The notes beneath the pieces were generated by a model. The model was not told where the DNA came from, did no database searches, and saw only the letters and a program-made list of their open reading frames with translations. From the NCBI RefSeq assembly GCF_963921235.1, contig NC_086109.1, positions 23,686,001 through 23,750,000 on the forward strand: DNA of 64,000 bases. Direction: 5' to 3'. The position numbers were made by a program, and so were the translations under genes. The first letter of the stretch is position 1; the number at the start of each line of letters is the position of its first letter. Shown here one piece after another: positions 1-12,020 of the stretch. Source of the stretch: Mobula hypostoma. Lineage: Eukaryota.

Positions 1-19
1 GGCATCTTCCCCATTCCTT

Positions 20-120
20 CTCATTTCTGAAGAAGGGTCTCGGCCCTAAACTTCGACTACCTACTCATTTCCATCGATGCTGCCTGACCTGCTGAGTTCC
101 TCCAACATTCTGTGTGTGTT
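20..120 (+). repeat. Penelope-like pLTR remnant with degenerate hammerhead motif
   Basis: CTGAAGA-AGGGTCTCGGCCC-tAAA-CTTCGAC followed by GATGCTGCCTGACCTGCTGAGTTCCTCCA, homologous to the pLTRs at 6801-6932 and 40128-40224; GAAA box mutated. Confidence 0.75.
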
Positions 121-535
121 CGATGACTAAAAGAGCCCTGATTCTCACTGTTAAAGAGCAAACTCCAGCATCAAAATGGCTCCATGTGGAATAGTGTAGC
201 TGAATTCAGGGTTAATTAGAAATTTTTTAAGACACATGGCCATGCGGATTCAATGCTTCATACAGGTTCAATATCTGACTGAGGCTTGAAAGGTGTAGGC
301 GTAGTGATGAATTGGGACCCACTCTGATTTTTGGCTAATTAGTTCATCTGTCTTCTATTACTTTATATAGCTCGAAATTTATTGAGACATTAGGATACTG
401 ATGACTATGATGACTATAAAAGGATGGAGAGAAAAAGAATAAATATTGCAACATTCCCCCTGTGGCATTGCTCGTAGCTGAGCTTATGGCATTGATCTTG
501 GGGGAGAACATAGTAAGATCAACGCAAGTAGGTTT

Positions 536-1375
536 TTCCGGTCAAGATGGCGCCTGCGCACAATACTCCACAGTTGACATCTTCTGGATAGAGCAGGAAA
601 CTATTCACTTCCTTTATGTCTTTTACCTCTGTTTGTCATCTTGAATGTGTCTTCTAGAATTGTTGCAGCCTGCAATATGCAGTGAGGAGATTGCTTGGGA
701 GATCCAGTGCTTTCCTGTCTCCAAGAGGATTTAGGGAGGCAGTGAACTTGGGCCTCGAGGCAAGGAGACTGAGGGTGGGCTGGGGTGTGGGTTTGCGAGC
801 TGATGTTCGACTCCATTTCGCTGATTAAAGCTTCCATTGTTTGCTGATCAAAGCGATGAGGGAGATTGAAACATCGAAGCAAATGTGGAGGGTGAGTGCT
901 GGCAGCCTGTCTTCCAATCACTGGTGAGATCGCTCTGCTGCTAGAAAGGGGAGCCTGTGTGGACAGCCATTGTGCTACTGAGGTTCTCTGCTTGGCGTTG
1001 TGGATTTGGATTTGGACGATGGACTATAGACTTTTTCAGTCTTGTAGTTTTTTATATTCTTTGTTTTTGCCTGGTTGTTCTTGTATTTCTGTGTGGGGGA
1101 GGGGGATTTGTAGATCGATGTTCACATGGCATTTTGTGTGGGGGGAAGTGGGTCTGGCAGTCGATATTCTTGTTGAGTATTTTTTTGTTTATTTCTTTGT
1201 GCGGGGGTGGGGTGTGGGTGGATTTGGAGGCCAATGCTCTTTTTGTGTTTCGTGTGTGGCGGGGGGGGGGGGGGGAGCGTGGTGTTGCCATTTCTTTTTT
1301 TTTGGTTTTGTAGCTATCTAGAGAAGAAGAATTATTATACTTGAATAATAAGTGAAATTTTGAATCTTTGAAATC
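536..1375 (+). mobile_element. Probable non-autonomous LINE-dependent element (Rex1-type tail)
   Basis: Starts with CAAGATGGCG; non-coding GT-rich body; ends AATAATAAG...TTTGAATCTTTGAAATC, resembling the AATAAA-(TTGAAC)n Rex1 tails at 18925-18943 and 49310-49335. Confidence 0.4.
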
Positions 1376-1499
1376 CACGGAGTTCTCCTTAGCTCATCCA
1401 TTGAAATGTCCACCACGTTTAGCTCAGCACTCAGGTTGCATGGGCTCACGGGCCAATCCAGGTACGAGGACAGGTTGTCAAAGCCCATTCCACTACTTT

Positions 1500-1615
1500 T
1501 GCAGTTCTACATTGTCAGAGGCACTGGCTTTCAGTTAAGATGATGAACAGAAATTCCATTTTTCTTTCTGGTGGGTGCAAACATTAAATAGGATTCAGTC
1601 AAAGAAAAACTGAAC
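1500..1615 (+). repeat. Old Deu-domain SINE remnant (SacSINE1/AmnSINE1-like), split by the CR1 at 1625; apparent continuation near 3245-3330
   Basis: Degenerate match to a recalled DeuSINE core (TGTCaGAGGcactggcTTTCaGtTaAGAtG...AAcAGA). Confidence 0.35.
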
Positions 1616-1624
1616 TTTTTCAGC

Positions 1625-3047
1625 TTTCAGAGTGCAAATGTCAGTCCACTCTTCAAGAAGGGAGAGAGGTGGAAGAAAGGAAATTATAGGCCAGTTAGTC
1701 TGGTCTCAGTGGTTAGGAAGATGTTGGAGTCGATTATTAAGGATGTGGTTTTGGGGTACTTGAAGTCACATGATAAAATAGGCCAAAGTCAGCATGGTTT
1801 CCTCAAGAGAAAATCTTGCCTGACAAATCTGTTGGAATTCTTTGAAGAAATAACAAGCAGGATAGACAAAGGAGAATTGGTTGATGTTGTATACTTGGAT
1901 TTTCAGAAGGCCTTTGACAAAGTGCAACATGAGGTTGCTTAACAATTTAAGAGTCCGTGGTATTACAGGAACGATTCTTGTACGGGATAAAGCAGTGGCT
2001 ATTAGTCAGAAGGCAAAGAGTGGGAATATGGGGAGCCTTTTTGTTTGGCTGCCGGTGACTAGTGGTGTTTCATGGGGGTCTGTTTTAGGACCGCTTCTTT
2101 TTATGTTATATGTCAAGAATAGATGGCTTTGTTGCAAAGTTTGCAGATGATACGAAGATAGGTGGAGGGGCAGGTAGCTTTGAGGAAGTAGAGAGGCTAT
2201 AGAAGGACTTAGACAGATTAGAAGAATGGACAAAGATGTGGCAGGTGGGATACAATGTTGGGAAGTGTACAGTCATGCTCTTTGGTAGAAGAAATAAAAG
2301 TGTTGATTATTTCCTAAATGGAGAGAAAATTCAAAAATCTGAACTGCCAAAGGACATAGGAGTCTTTGTGTAGGATTCCCAAAAGATTAATTTGCAGGTT
2401 GAGTCTGTGTGAGGAAGGCAAAAGTGATGTCATTCCAAGAGGACAAGAACATACTGTAAAAGCAAGAATGTAATGTTGACAGGTTATAAAGCAAATGGTG
2501 AGGCCTCACTCGGAGTATTGTGAGCAGTTTTGGGTCCCTTATCTTAGAAAGGATGTGCTGACACTGGAGAGGGTGCAAAGGAGGTTCACAAAAAGATTCC
2601 AGGATTGAACGACTTATCATATGAAGAGTGTCTGATGGCTCTGGGTCTATATTCATCAAAATTCAGAAGAATGAGGGGTGACCTCCTTGAAACCTATTGA
2701 ATGATGAAAGGCCTTGATAAAGAGGATGTGGAGAAGATGTTTCCTATGGAGAGAAGGTCTCGGATCAGAGGACACTGCCTCAGAATAGAGGGTTGCCCTT
2801 TTAGATTGGAGGTGAGGAGGCATTTCTTCAGCCAGAGAGTGGTGAATCTGTGGAATTCGTTGCCACAGGTGGATGTGGAGGCCAGGCCTTTATGTATACT
2901 TAAGGCAGAGGTTGATAGATTCTTAATTGGTCAGAGCAGGAAGGGATACAGGGAGAAGGCAGGAGATTGGGGCTAGAGGTAAAATGGCAGAGCAGCCTCA
3001 GTGGGCCAAATTGTCCAATTCTGCTCCTATATCTTATGACTTATGGA
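1625..3047 (+). mobile_element. CR1/L3 LINE, 5'-truncated, degenerate RT and 3' end
   Basis: Fragments NYRPVSL, SQHGFLKRKSCLTNLLEFFEE, VDVVYLDFQKAFDKV, KFADDTKIG, FFSQRVVNLWNSLP; 3' UTR ...CTGCTCCTATATCTTATG; frameshifts and stops. Confidence 0.95.
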
Positions 3048-3663
3048 ACCTTATCCTGAACTTTTCTGCCTTGACCAGGATTGTTTAAAATCAATTAAAA
3101 GGCAAAAACTACAGCTGTGGGAAACCTGAAATAGAACAGCAAATACTGGAAAAGCATAGCAAGTTGTGCAGTATCTGCTGAGATAAATAAAAGAATTACC
3201 ATTGCAGGTTGTTGGGCTTTTGTTAGAACTTACTTCAGATAAAAATCGGATTCACTGATCATTTCATTTTTTTCTGCTCTTACTGTCAACAAACTGCTGT
3301 TTAAATAACAATGACTGTATTCAATAAATTGTTCTAATTTTCTTAATTGTTCTAATATCAGGTACAGCACTGATAAAAGGTTCTTTCTTCATGCTACCTA
3401 ATTATGTGTTCAATAGCTCCATGACTATTGCTAAAGTATAGTTTCTAGCCAGAGATCCATGTTAAGAATAAAGCTACAATACCTGAGACCTGTAATAGTA
3501 ATAATGCACAACCCATCGCACACCTTTTGGTCTGCTCAATAGTCGAGGATGCACAATATATAGCTTGGGAACTTACTGAGGGCAACTCACAAAATTATCA
3601 ATGGAAAAATCAATGTCTGGTGGATGGATGTGATATGGAGTATTTAAGCGCCCTCACTCCTGA

Positions 3664-3852
3664 AGTGAGAGAGGAGGCAACTCACAGGTCCATGAGTGAG
3701 ACTTAGAAAATGAGCATTCATGGGATTTTGGTGTTTTTATGGTGGCCCGATCGAACTGGGAGTGAGGGAGGAGGCAACTCACAGGTCCGTGAGTAAGATT
3801 TAAATAAGGACATTTTCTCAGGCTTTCGGCATTTTATGGTGGCCTCATCAAA
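3664..3852. repeat. Diverged tandem duplication, period ~97 bp
   Basis: AGTGAG(A/G)GAGGAGGCAACTCACAGGTCC(A/G)TGAGT starts at 3664 and 3761; TTTTATGGTGGCC occurs in both units. Confidence 0.8.
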
Positions 3853-3899
3853 TCATGATTCATTAACAAGGGCATGTAAAAATAAGGTAGGGTCATGTG

Positions 3900-5390
3900 G
3901 AGCTACATTTGTTGGAGCGATCATTGTGTGAGTGGATCAATGTTAGAGTGGGGAGGCTTTGGCTCAACAGGCTTGGGCAGAAACAGGATTGGGTGAGTTA
4001 GATATCTGGTAAGTTTCTTCTTCATTCTTCATCTATTAGTACATAGTTAGAGCAGTGAGGATGGCTCCAGGGGTAAGTAGTGTTCTTTGTATCAGATGTG
4101 GGAATTCTGGGAGACCTCCAGCATCCTGGATAGCCACATCTGCACCAGGTGCACTGAGCTGCAGCTCCTCAAAGAAGGTATCAAGAAAATGGAGTTGCAG
4201 CTCGATTTCATTCAGATGTGGGAAACTGAGGAGGTGATAGGAGCTACGGTGGGGGGGAGTGGTTGTCTCCCCTTGGTTGCAAGAGGCAGGTACCTGGGTG
4301 ACTGTCCGGAGAGGGAAAGGAAATGAGAAACCAATGCAGGGTGCTCGTGTAGCCGTTCCTCTCAATAATAGAATTATCGTTTTGGATATTGCTGGATCCT
4401 CAGTGACCTGGTCTCAGGGACTGAGGCTGGCACTGTGGCTCAGAAGGGGAGGGGCGAGAAGACAACTGTAGTAGTGATTCCATAGTTAGAGGAGCAGACA
4501 CAAGATTCTGTGGATGCCCTAGACACCCAGTTTGTATGTTGCCTCTGTGGGGCCAGGCTCAGAGATGTCTTGGATTGGATCCATGGCATTCTAAAGGTGA
4601 GCAGCAAGAAGTCTTGGTACATATTAGCACCAATGACATGGGTAGGGAAAGGAAGAAGGTTCTGAAGAAAGAATTTCGGGAGCTAGGCAGAAAATTGAAA
4701 AACAGAACCTTCAGGGTAGTAATCTCTGGATTACTCTTTGCGTCACATACCAGTGAGGATAAGGATAGGATGATTTGTCAGATGAATATGTGGCTGAGGG
4801 TCTGATGCAGGGGTCAGTATATCAGATTTCTGGATCATTCCGATCTTCTCTGGGGAAGGTACGACCTGTACAAAATGGATGGGTTACAGCTGAACCTGAG
4901 GGGGATCAACATCCTTGTAGGTAGGTTTGCTAGAACTTTAGGGGAAAGTTTAAACTAATTTAATAGGAGGATGGGACTGTTGGTATACAAGCAGAGGCAG
5001 TGTGTATGAGACAGTCAGGAAGGACAGGTGGATGATAGGGCAAAATTGCAGTGTAACATGGGAACAAAATCTAAGTGTTATATTTGACTGCATGGAGTAT
5101 ATGGAATAAGGTAGATAATGTTATAGTGCAGTTCGAGATTGGCAGGTGTGATGTTGTGCGCATCACTGAGTCGTGGCTGAAAGAAAATTATGGTTGGAAG
5201 CTTAACATCGAAGGATACACATTGTATCAAAAGGGCAGGCAGGTAGGCTGAGGAAGCGATGTGGCTCGGTTGGCAAAAAATGAAGTCAAATCCTTAGACA
5301 GAGGTGACATGGGATCGGAAGACATAGAATTATCGTGGGTTGAGTTAAGGAACTGCAAGGGTGAAAAGACCCCGATGGGAGTTCCAAGTA
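3900..5390 (+). mobile_element. CR1 LINE 5' portion: ORF1 (zinc finger/leucine zipper + SGNH esterase) and start of ORF2 APE, degenerate
   Basis: MWEFWETSSILDSHICTRCTELQLLKEGIKKMELQL; esterase motifs DSIVRGAD, VLVHISTNDMG, DGLQLN; APE motifs DVVRITESWL and WVELRNCKG. Confidence 0.9.
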
Positions 5391-5414
5391 CCTCATCCTT
5401 AACAATTAACTACA

Positions 5415-5575
5415 GATTATTTATTCATTTATTGAGGTACAGCATGGTATAAGTCCTTCCAGCACTTCAACCCCTGCCACTCAGCAATCCCCAGAATTTA
5501 ATCCTGGCCTAATCACAGGAAAATTTACCATGTCTAATTACGCTACCAACAGTTTAGTCTTTGGACAGTGAGAGG
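5415..5575 (-). repeat. V-domain tRNA-SINE 3' fragment
   Basis: Minus strand TCCTCTCACTGTCCAAAGAC core and (TAAA)n-like tail, homologous to 58028-58269. Confidence 0.55.
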
Positions 5576-5779
5576 ATCAGGCTAACTGATCTATAGTTTT
5601 CTTTCTTCTCGCTCCCTCCCTTCTTGAAGAATGCAATTTGCCAGTCCTCCGGAACCATGCCAGAATCCAATGATTCTTGACAGATCATTGCCAATGCCTC
5701 CACAGTCTCTTCAGTTACTGCACCTCTTTTCGAACACCAGGGTGTACTCCATCTGGTCCAGGTGACTTATCTACCTTCA
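5576..5779 (-). mobile_element. CR1 ORF2 fragment
   Basis: Minus strand reads KVDKSPGPDGVHP...LDSGMVPEDW...NYRSVSL. Confidence 0.85.
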
Positions 5780-6372
5780 TTGGCAAAGGGGATACGAGAG
5801 GATCATGGGACAGGAGGTCCGGGGAGAAAGACAAGGTGGGGGGAACCCAGAGGATGGGCAAGGGGTATAGTCAGAGGGACAGAGGGAGAAAAAGGAGAGT
5901 GAGAGAAAGAATGTGTGTATAAAAATAAATAACGGATGGGGTACGAGGGGGAGGTGGGGCATTAATGGAAGTTAGAGAAGTCGATATTCATGCCATCAGG
6001 TTGGAGGCTACCCAGACGGAATATAAGGTGTTGTTCCTCCAACCTGAGTGTGGCTTCATCTTTACAGTAGAGGAGGTCGTGGATAGACATGTCAGAATGG
6101 GAATGGGATGTGGAATTAAAATATGTGACCACTGGGAGATCCTGCTTTCTCTGGCGGACAGAGCGTAGGTGTTCAGCAAAGCGGTCTCCCAGTCTGCGTC
6201 GGGTCTCGCCAATATATAGAAGGCCACACCGGGAGCACCGGACGCAGTATATCACCCCAGCCGACTCACAGGTGAAGTGTTGCCTCACCTGGAAGGACTG
6301 TCTGGGGCCCTGAATGATGGTAAGGGAGGAAGTGTAAGGGCATGTGTAGCACTTGTTCCGCTTACAAGGATA
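5780..6372 (-). mobile_element. Penelope-like (Neptune-type) element, inverted arm with GIY-YIG endonuclease
   Basis: ORF 5962-6288: VIYCVRCSRCGLLYIGETRRRLGDRFAEHLRSV...LEEQHLIFRLGSLQPDGMN (GIY-YIG with a CxxC insert), followed by a pyrimidine-rich 3' UTR. Confidence 0.95.
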
Positions 6373-6373
6373 A

Positions 6374-6932
6374 GTCTGACATGTCTATCCATGGCCTCCT
6401 CTACTGTAAAGATGAAGCCACACTCAGGTTGGAGGAACAACACCTTATATTCTGTCTGGGTAGCCTCCAACCTGATGGCATGAACATTGACTTCTCTAAC
6501 TTCCGCTAATGCCCCACCTCCCCCTCATATCCCGTCGGTTATTTATTTTTATACACACATTCTTTCTCTCACTCTCCTTTTTCTCCCTCTGTCCCTCCGA
6601 CTATACCCCTTGCCCATCCTCTGGGTCCCCCCCCCCATCTTTCTCCCTGGGCCTCCTGTCCCATGATCCTATCATATCCCCTTTGCCAATCACCTGTCCA
6701 GCTCTTGGCTCCATCCCTCCCCCTCCTGTCTTCTCCTATCATTTTGGATCTCCCCCTCCCCCTCCAACTTTCAAATCTCCTACTAACCCTTCCTTCATTT
6801 AGTCCTGACGAAGGGTCTCAGCCTGAAACGTCGACTGTACCTCTTCCTAGAGATGCTGCCTGGCCTGCTGCGTTCAGCAGCAACTTCGATGTGTGTTGCT
6901 TGAATTTCCAGCATCTGCAGAATTCCTGTTGT
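6374..6932 (+). mobile_element. Penelope-like element 3' end (end of GIY-YIG, 3' UTR, pLTR)
   Basis: Reverse-complement duplicate of 5780-6095 and near-identical to 39700-40224; ends in pLTR ...CCAGCATCTGCAGAATTCCTGTTGTT. Confidence 0.95.
6801..6836 (+). ncRNA. Minimal type I hammerhead ribozyme motif (PLE-associated)
   Basis: AGTC [CTGACGA] AGG-gtctcag-CCT [GAA] ACGT C GACT: stem I AGTC/GACT, intact core, stem II AGG/CCT, palindromic minimal stem III ACGT, GUC cleavage triplet. Confidence 0.8.
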
Positions 6933-7280
6933 TATTGGAGGAACTCATCAGGTCATGCAATGTACCTTATATTTGGCACAGATAGTCCATAACTCAGTGG
7001 GATGAGCATTGAATTAACCAGCTTCCTGTAAGCTGTTCCTCCTCTGTTAATTTCCTCTCTCTTCTTAATCTACCCAGTCCTTATCACTTCATCTCTTTCT
7101 GCTCCTGCATCCTTTCCATCTTCCCATCATCCGCACACTCCTTCTAATAAATGAATTGTTACTGTTTTTTGTTAAACATAGAATGCCTCTGCCATTTTTA
7201 TTTTCAAAAACCTACATTGGGATGATTGAGAGTTATTGAATGTATCGGCCAACACAATTGCTTTGAAACTGCTGGAGGTG

Positions 7281-7797
7281 AATTGAATTGACTTTATTTC
7301 TTATATCCTTCACATACATGAGGAATAAAAATCTTTATGCTATGTCTCTGTCTGAATGTGCAATGTGGAATTTACAGTAATTTGTAACAAATAGGACAAC
7401 AGGACAGTCAATATAGCATAGAAATACAATTGTATCAGCATGAATTAATCAGTCTGCTGGCCTGGTGGAAGAAGCTGTCCCAGAGCCTGTTGGTCCTGGC
7501 TTTAATGCTGCCGTACTGTTTCCTGGATGATAGCAGCTGGAGCAGTTTGTGATTAGGGTGACTTGGGTCCCCAAAGATCCTTCAAACCCTTTTTACACAC
7601 CTGCCTCTGTAAATATCCTGAATAGTGGGAAGTTTGCATCTATAGATGCGCTGGGCTGTCCATACCACTCACTGCAGAGTCCTGCGATTGAGGGAAGTAC
7701 AGTTTCCATACCAGCCAGTGATGCAGTCAGTCAGAATGCTCTCAATTGTGCCCCTGTAGAAAGTCCCCAGGATCTGGGAACTCATGCCAAACTTCTT
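7281..7797 (-). mobile_element. Rex1/Babar LINE 3' fragment inserted in Gypsy gag
   Basis: KKFGMSSQILGTFYRGTIESILTDCITGWYGNC..LQ; AATAAA plus (CAATT)n tail; the gag frame rejoins across it. Confidence 0.9.
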
Positions 7798-10700
7798 TTG
7801 GGAGCAAAATGCCATTGCTTGGTTTGTGCAAGCCAAGGCCCAAATTATGCTGTGAGAAATCACCACCGACAACACCAAGTATTTCTCTGTGGTAGCGTCG
7901 CTCAGAAAATCCACGGCTGTGAGAGTAGTCAGCCTACAAAACACCCACCTGAACACGATACATACCGGTCACTGAAAACTCATCTTTTACAGATCCTGAG
8001 TTCGCCAAACAGTTGCTCTCTTGCCCAGCCTTGGCAATGCTAGGCCTTCAGAGCTAATGGACCAATGTTGTCTCTCTTAGTAAATCACCATCCTTCTTTT
8101 AATTTTAAAGAACTCTTCATGCAGCAAATGCGTGAACAAGTTCACACATCCCCCTTTGATGCACCCGGGAAGGGCGATAGGGAGCTTGCTGACATGTCTA
8201 CACTCAGCCAGGCAGTGGTTCATAATTTCTCCTCCTTTCTCTACCTCAATAAGGCCGACATAAAGGCACCCACGGCTGTGAAACAGATGATGCCAGGCCT
8301 GTGCTTTTACCATGCTCACTTTGGTCTGAATGCCAGGAAGTACCGACAGCCTTGCAGTTTCGACAGAGAATATTAGAGCTCAGTGAACCTCGTTGGTTCC
8401 AGCTGCCAGGGATGTCTACTGTTCATTACGGACACACCTTTCAGGACAACGCCTCCTGTGTGACACGGGTGCTCAAGTGAGCGTGCTGCCAGCATCGTCT
8501 ACTGATGAGAAGGCAAAGAGTGACTGAACCTCGCTGGAGGTTACCAACAGCAGCAGGATCCAGACTTATGGATTGTGATGGCTGACACTCTGCTTCAGTG
8601 GGCGACGTTACACGTGGGACTTTGTCCTGGCCAAAGTGACTAGACCTCTGCTCAGTGCAGGTTTCCTGTGTGCCCAGGGACTATTAGTCGATCTTAAGAA
8701 CTGCTGGCTTGTGGATGTTAAGTATTTTGTGTCGTTACCCTGCTCCCCCAGTAAGTTCCCCACAATGACCCTGTCAAGCGCATATACCACCACATGTGAG
8801 TTTACTCAACTCCTGGGCAAATTCCCAAACCTCACCAAGCACACATTCTCCAAAACAGTCACAACGCATAGGGTCGTGCACCACATTTCTACACCTGGCC
8901 CTCCAATCCATGCCTGTGCATGTAGACTGGACCCAGAGAAGCTGGCAAATGCAAAGGGTGAGTTTGCCAACATGGAAAGAATTTGTAGTTGAATAGCCCC
9001 TGGGCTTTGCCCCACCATATGATCCCTAAGTCCGATGGTGGTTGCCACCCATGTGATGATTACCAACGCCTTAACAAAGCCACCACCCCCAATTGTTACC
9101 CAGTCCCACACATCCAAAACTTTGCAGCACGTTTAGCTGGAAAGTTAATTTTTTCCAAAGTCAGTTTAGTTAGGGGCTACTATCAGGTGCCTGTGTGCTC
9201 GTAGGACATTCCCAAAATTGCTATGATAACCCCGTTTGGCCTCTTTGAGTTTCTGCACAAGCGGTTTGGGCTGAAAAATGCAGCATAGACTGGATGAAAT
9301 ACTTGTTGTCAGTGCATCCAAATTCGAACACATATCTCATCTCTGCAAGTTTTCGAGTGCTTAAGCCAACATGGGTTGATTATTAACCTTGCTAAGTGTC
9401 AGTTTGGGGTGTCAACTAGCGACTTTCTTGGCCATTACATCTCTATAGAAGGTGCGAAACTCCTTCCATCAAATGTAGCTGCTATTATGGATTTCCCATC
9501 GCTCTGCACTACTAATAAACTGCAGGAGTTTTTAAGCATGGTAAATTTCTATCACCGCTTCATTCCACAAGCTGATGAACTTATGTTTCGCCTGTATAAT
9601 GCGCCTAAAGGCAATACTCCTACTCACGTGCTTGACTGATTAGCGAATATGACCAAGGCATCTGATGGTACCAAACAAGCTCTTTCCAACACTGGTGCAC
9701 CTGCCTTCCAATGCACCGATAGCTATTACTACTGATGCTTCAGACTATGCTGTGAGTTCTCTGCGCAAACAGTTGGTGGGAGGCGAGTGGCAGCTGTTCG
9801 CCTTCTTCAGCCGGCGGCTCCATTCCCCCTGAAGGAAGTGCAGCACGTTTGACCATGAGCTTTTCTGATTCTATCTGGCTGTCCACCAGTTTCATTTTCT
9901 TCTAGAGCATCGTCACTTCACAGTGTTTGTTAACCAGAAATCACTCGTGCGTGCGATGGCCAGAATATCAGATCTTTGGTCTGCATGGGTCTGCAGCACC
10001 ATTAACTGGCCTGCATGGGAGAAATAATGCCATGGCTGATTGCCTCTCATGGCCAGCCACTGAGGTTGTACACATAGGGGTTGACTGTGCCAACATGGCA
10101 GCCGAACAGGCTATTGACCCAGAGGTCCAGGCTTACTGGACAGCAGTCTCAGATCTGCGGTTCGTTGACATTACGTTTGAGGAAATTGGGGTTTCTCTCA
10201 TGCGCGATATCTCAACTGGTTGCCCTCGCCCCATAGTGCCCGCAAACTGGAGGCGGACTGTTTTTGACTTCATACGTGGCCTCTCGCAACTGGGCCGGAA
10301 GGCCTCACAGAAACTGGTTGCGCTAAAGTTTGTTTGGCACGGCCTTAAAAAGGACATGCTTGATTGGACTGCAGCCTGTTTGCAGTGCCAGCAGGCAAAA
10401 AGTAACCATCCAGGCACCACTGATATTTTCTGAGGTCCCTGAGTGATGGAGTGACTATGTAAATGTGGACCTTGGTGATCCTTTTTCCCGCTCCCACGGT
10501 TTTACACACCTCCTTACCTTGGTGGACTGTACTGCCAGTTGGCTAGAAGTCACTCCTCTAGCATCGGTGATGGCCACAGACATGGCTTGGGTGTTCATCA
10601 GGAGCTGAGTGGCCCATCTGATGTTTACCCTGACCGCGGTCTCCAATTCATATCAGACCTCTGGGCTTCAATGGCGTAGAACCTCAGATTTAAGCTACAT

Positions 10701-11392
10701 CGCACCATGGCGTATCACCTGCAGTCTAATGGCCTGTGCTAGTGGTTTCGCTGCTCGTTAACTTCCTTGACGGACGAGTGTTGGCACGATCGTTTCCTGT
10801 GGGTCCTGCTGGGGCTCAGAACAGCTCCAAAAGAGGACCAGCATTCTCCTGTGGCCTAATTGGTCAACGGGCAGCCGTAATGAGTGCTAGGTGATTTTAT
10901 CCCTGATGTCACAATCGCCTGGTCGGTCTCTCAATAGTGTTCCACCCTCCTCAGTAAATTCAATTCCTTTGCACCTATTCCTATCTCCCATCATGGCGTA
11001 CTGCACGCTTGGGTTCCTGTTGACCTACGTTCCAACTTGTTCGTTTTCGTCCACCATGATGCACATCAACATCCCCTTAGGCCCCCTTACGATGGCCTGA
11101 TCCACATTTCGGAATGGAGAGAAAAGGCTTTTTTATCAAAGATAAGAGGGGTAAACCTGAATGTATTTTGGTAGATCGCCTTAAGCGGACCCACCAAGAT
11201 TTGAAGGATTCTGCTACCATGCCCCTGCCATCGTGACATGACCATGAACATGCCAGCACACTTCTGGATGAGCCAAAGGTATCTACTGTTCCTCCACTCA
11301 TGCAATATTGGACCTGAGCCAGCCGGCTCAGGATGGGCTTGCAGTGCCAGTTTTAGTGAATTCTGGGGCGGGGGGGGGGGCGGGTGGTGCTG

Positions 11393-11605
11393 TGTAGAGT
11401 AATTTAATTGATGGAAACATCCGTAATTCACAGCCACTGACATTGAGTTGAGGTTCATTTTAAGAGGCTGGTCTGACGTGATGATGTAATTATGTAAAGT
11501 ACAGTTTACCCACTTTGTGTTAATTGTTTGGAATACAATAATGAGTTGTTATGGTTTTTGTGAAACATAAAATGCCTCTGCCATTTTTATTTGCGAAAGC
11601 CTACA
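11393..11605 (+). repeat. 3' LTR of Gypsy element
   Basis: TGTAG...CTACA termini, preceded by a G-rich polypurine tract (11365-11385); last ~70 bp duplicated at 7146-7216. Confidence 0.85.
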
Positions 11606-11780
11606 CATCTGGATCCAACACTTGCTCCAATCCTTCCCTCTGCCCTTTTACTCTGGCTGAATCCCCCTTATTTTTCAGTCCAGTTGGAGGCGCTCAATCT
11701 GAAACGTTGACTGCCCATTTCCCTCCATATTTGCTGCCTCCTCTGTGATATCCGCCATTCTCTTTGTGTGCTGCACCAGG
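11606..11780 (+). repeat. Old Penelope 3' UTR/pLTR remnant
   Basis: CAGTCC...TGAAACGTTGACTG...CCATAT.TGCTGCC, a degenerate version of 6795-6900. Confidence 0.65.
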
Positions 11781-11784
11781 ATAG

Positions 11785-12020
11785 GGTTGAAAGGCTGTGG
11801 AACGACTCATTAAAAGATGAGATATTGCTCCTTGAGCTTCGATGAGCTTTAATGTAGAATTATAGGAGGTCCAGAAGACGACAAGTCAAAACAAGAGTGT
11901 GACGGAGAGTTAAAATGACAGGTGACTGGGAGCTGAAGGTTGCACTTAAAAATTAAACAGAGGTATTCAGTAAAGTTGTCTCCTAATCTGTGTTCTTCAA
12001 TATAGTGGAGATAGTGTGCT
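11785..12020 (-). mobile_element. Old Penelope GIY-YIG fragment
   Basis: Minus strand reads YIEE..RLGDNFTEYL...LPVTCHFNSPSHS. Confidence 0.65.

Larger units (their letters stand above)
7146..11605 (+). mobile_element. Ty3/Gypsy LTR retrotransposon, degenerate gag-pol, 5' LTR truncated
   Basis: gag ALKLLE|FWEQNAIAWFVQAKAQ (split by a Rex1 insert) and CFYHAHFG..A..Y..PC; protease CDTGAQVSVLP (~8460); RT SPWA..HMIPKSDGG..DYQRLN..YPVPHI; RNase H TDASDYAV; integrase FVWHGLKKD..AACLQCQQAK; order PR-RT-RH-IN; 7146-7216 matches the LTR end at 11537-11605. Confidence 0.93.

Noticed and set aside
896..1321. Hydrophobic membrane-protein-like ORFs
   Set aside because: A product of GT-rich low-complexity sequence in a repeat body; overlapping open frames on both strands.
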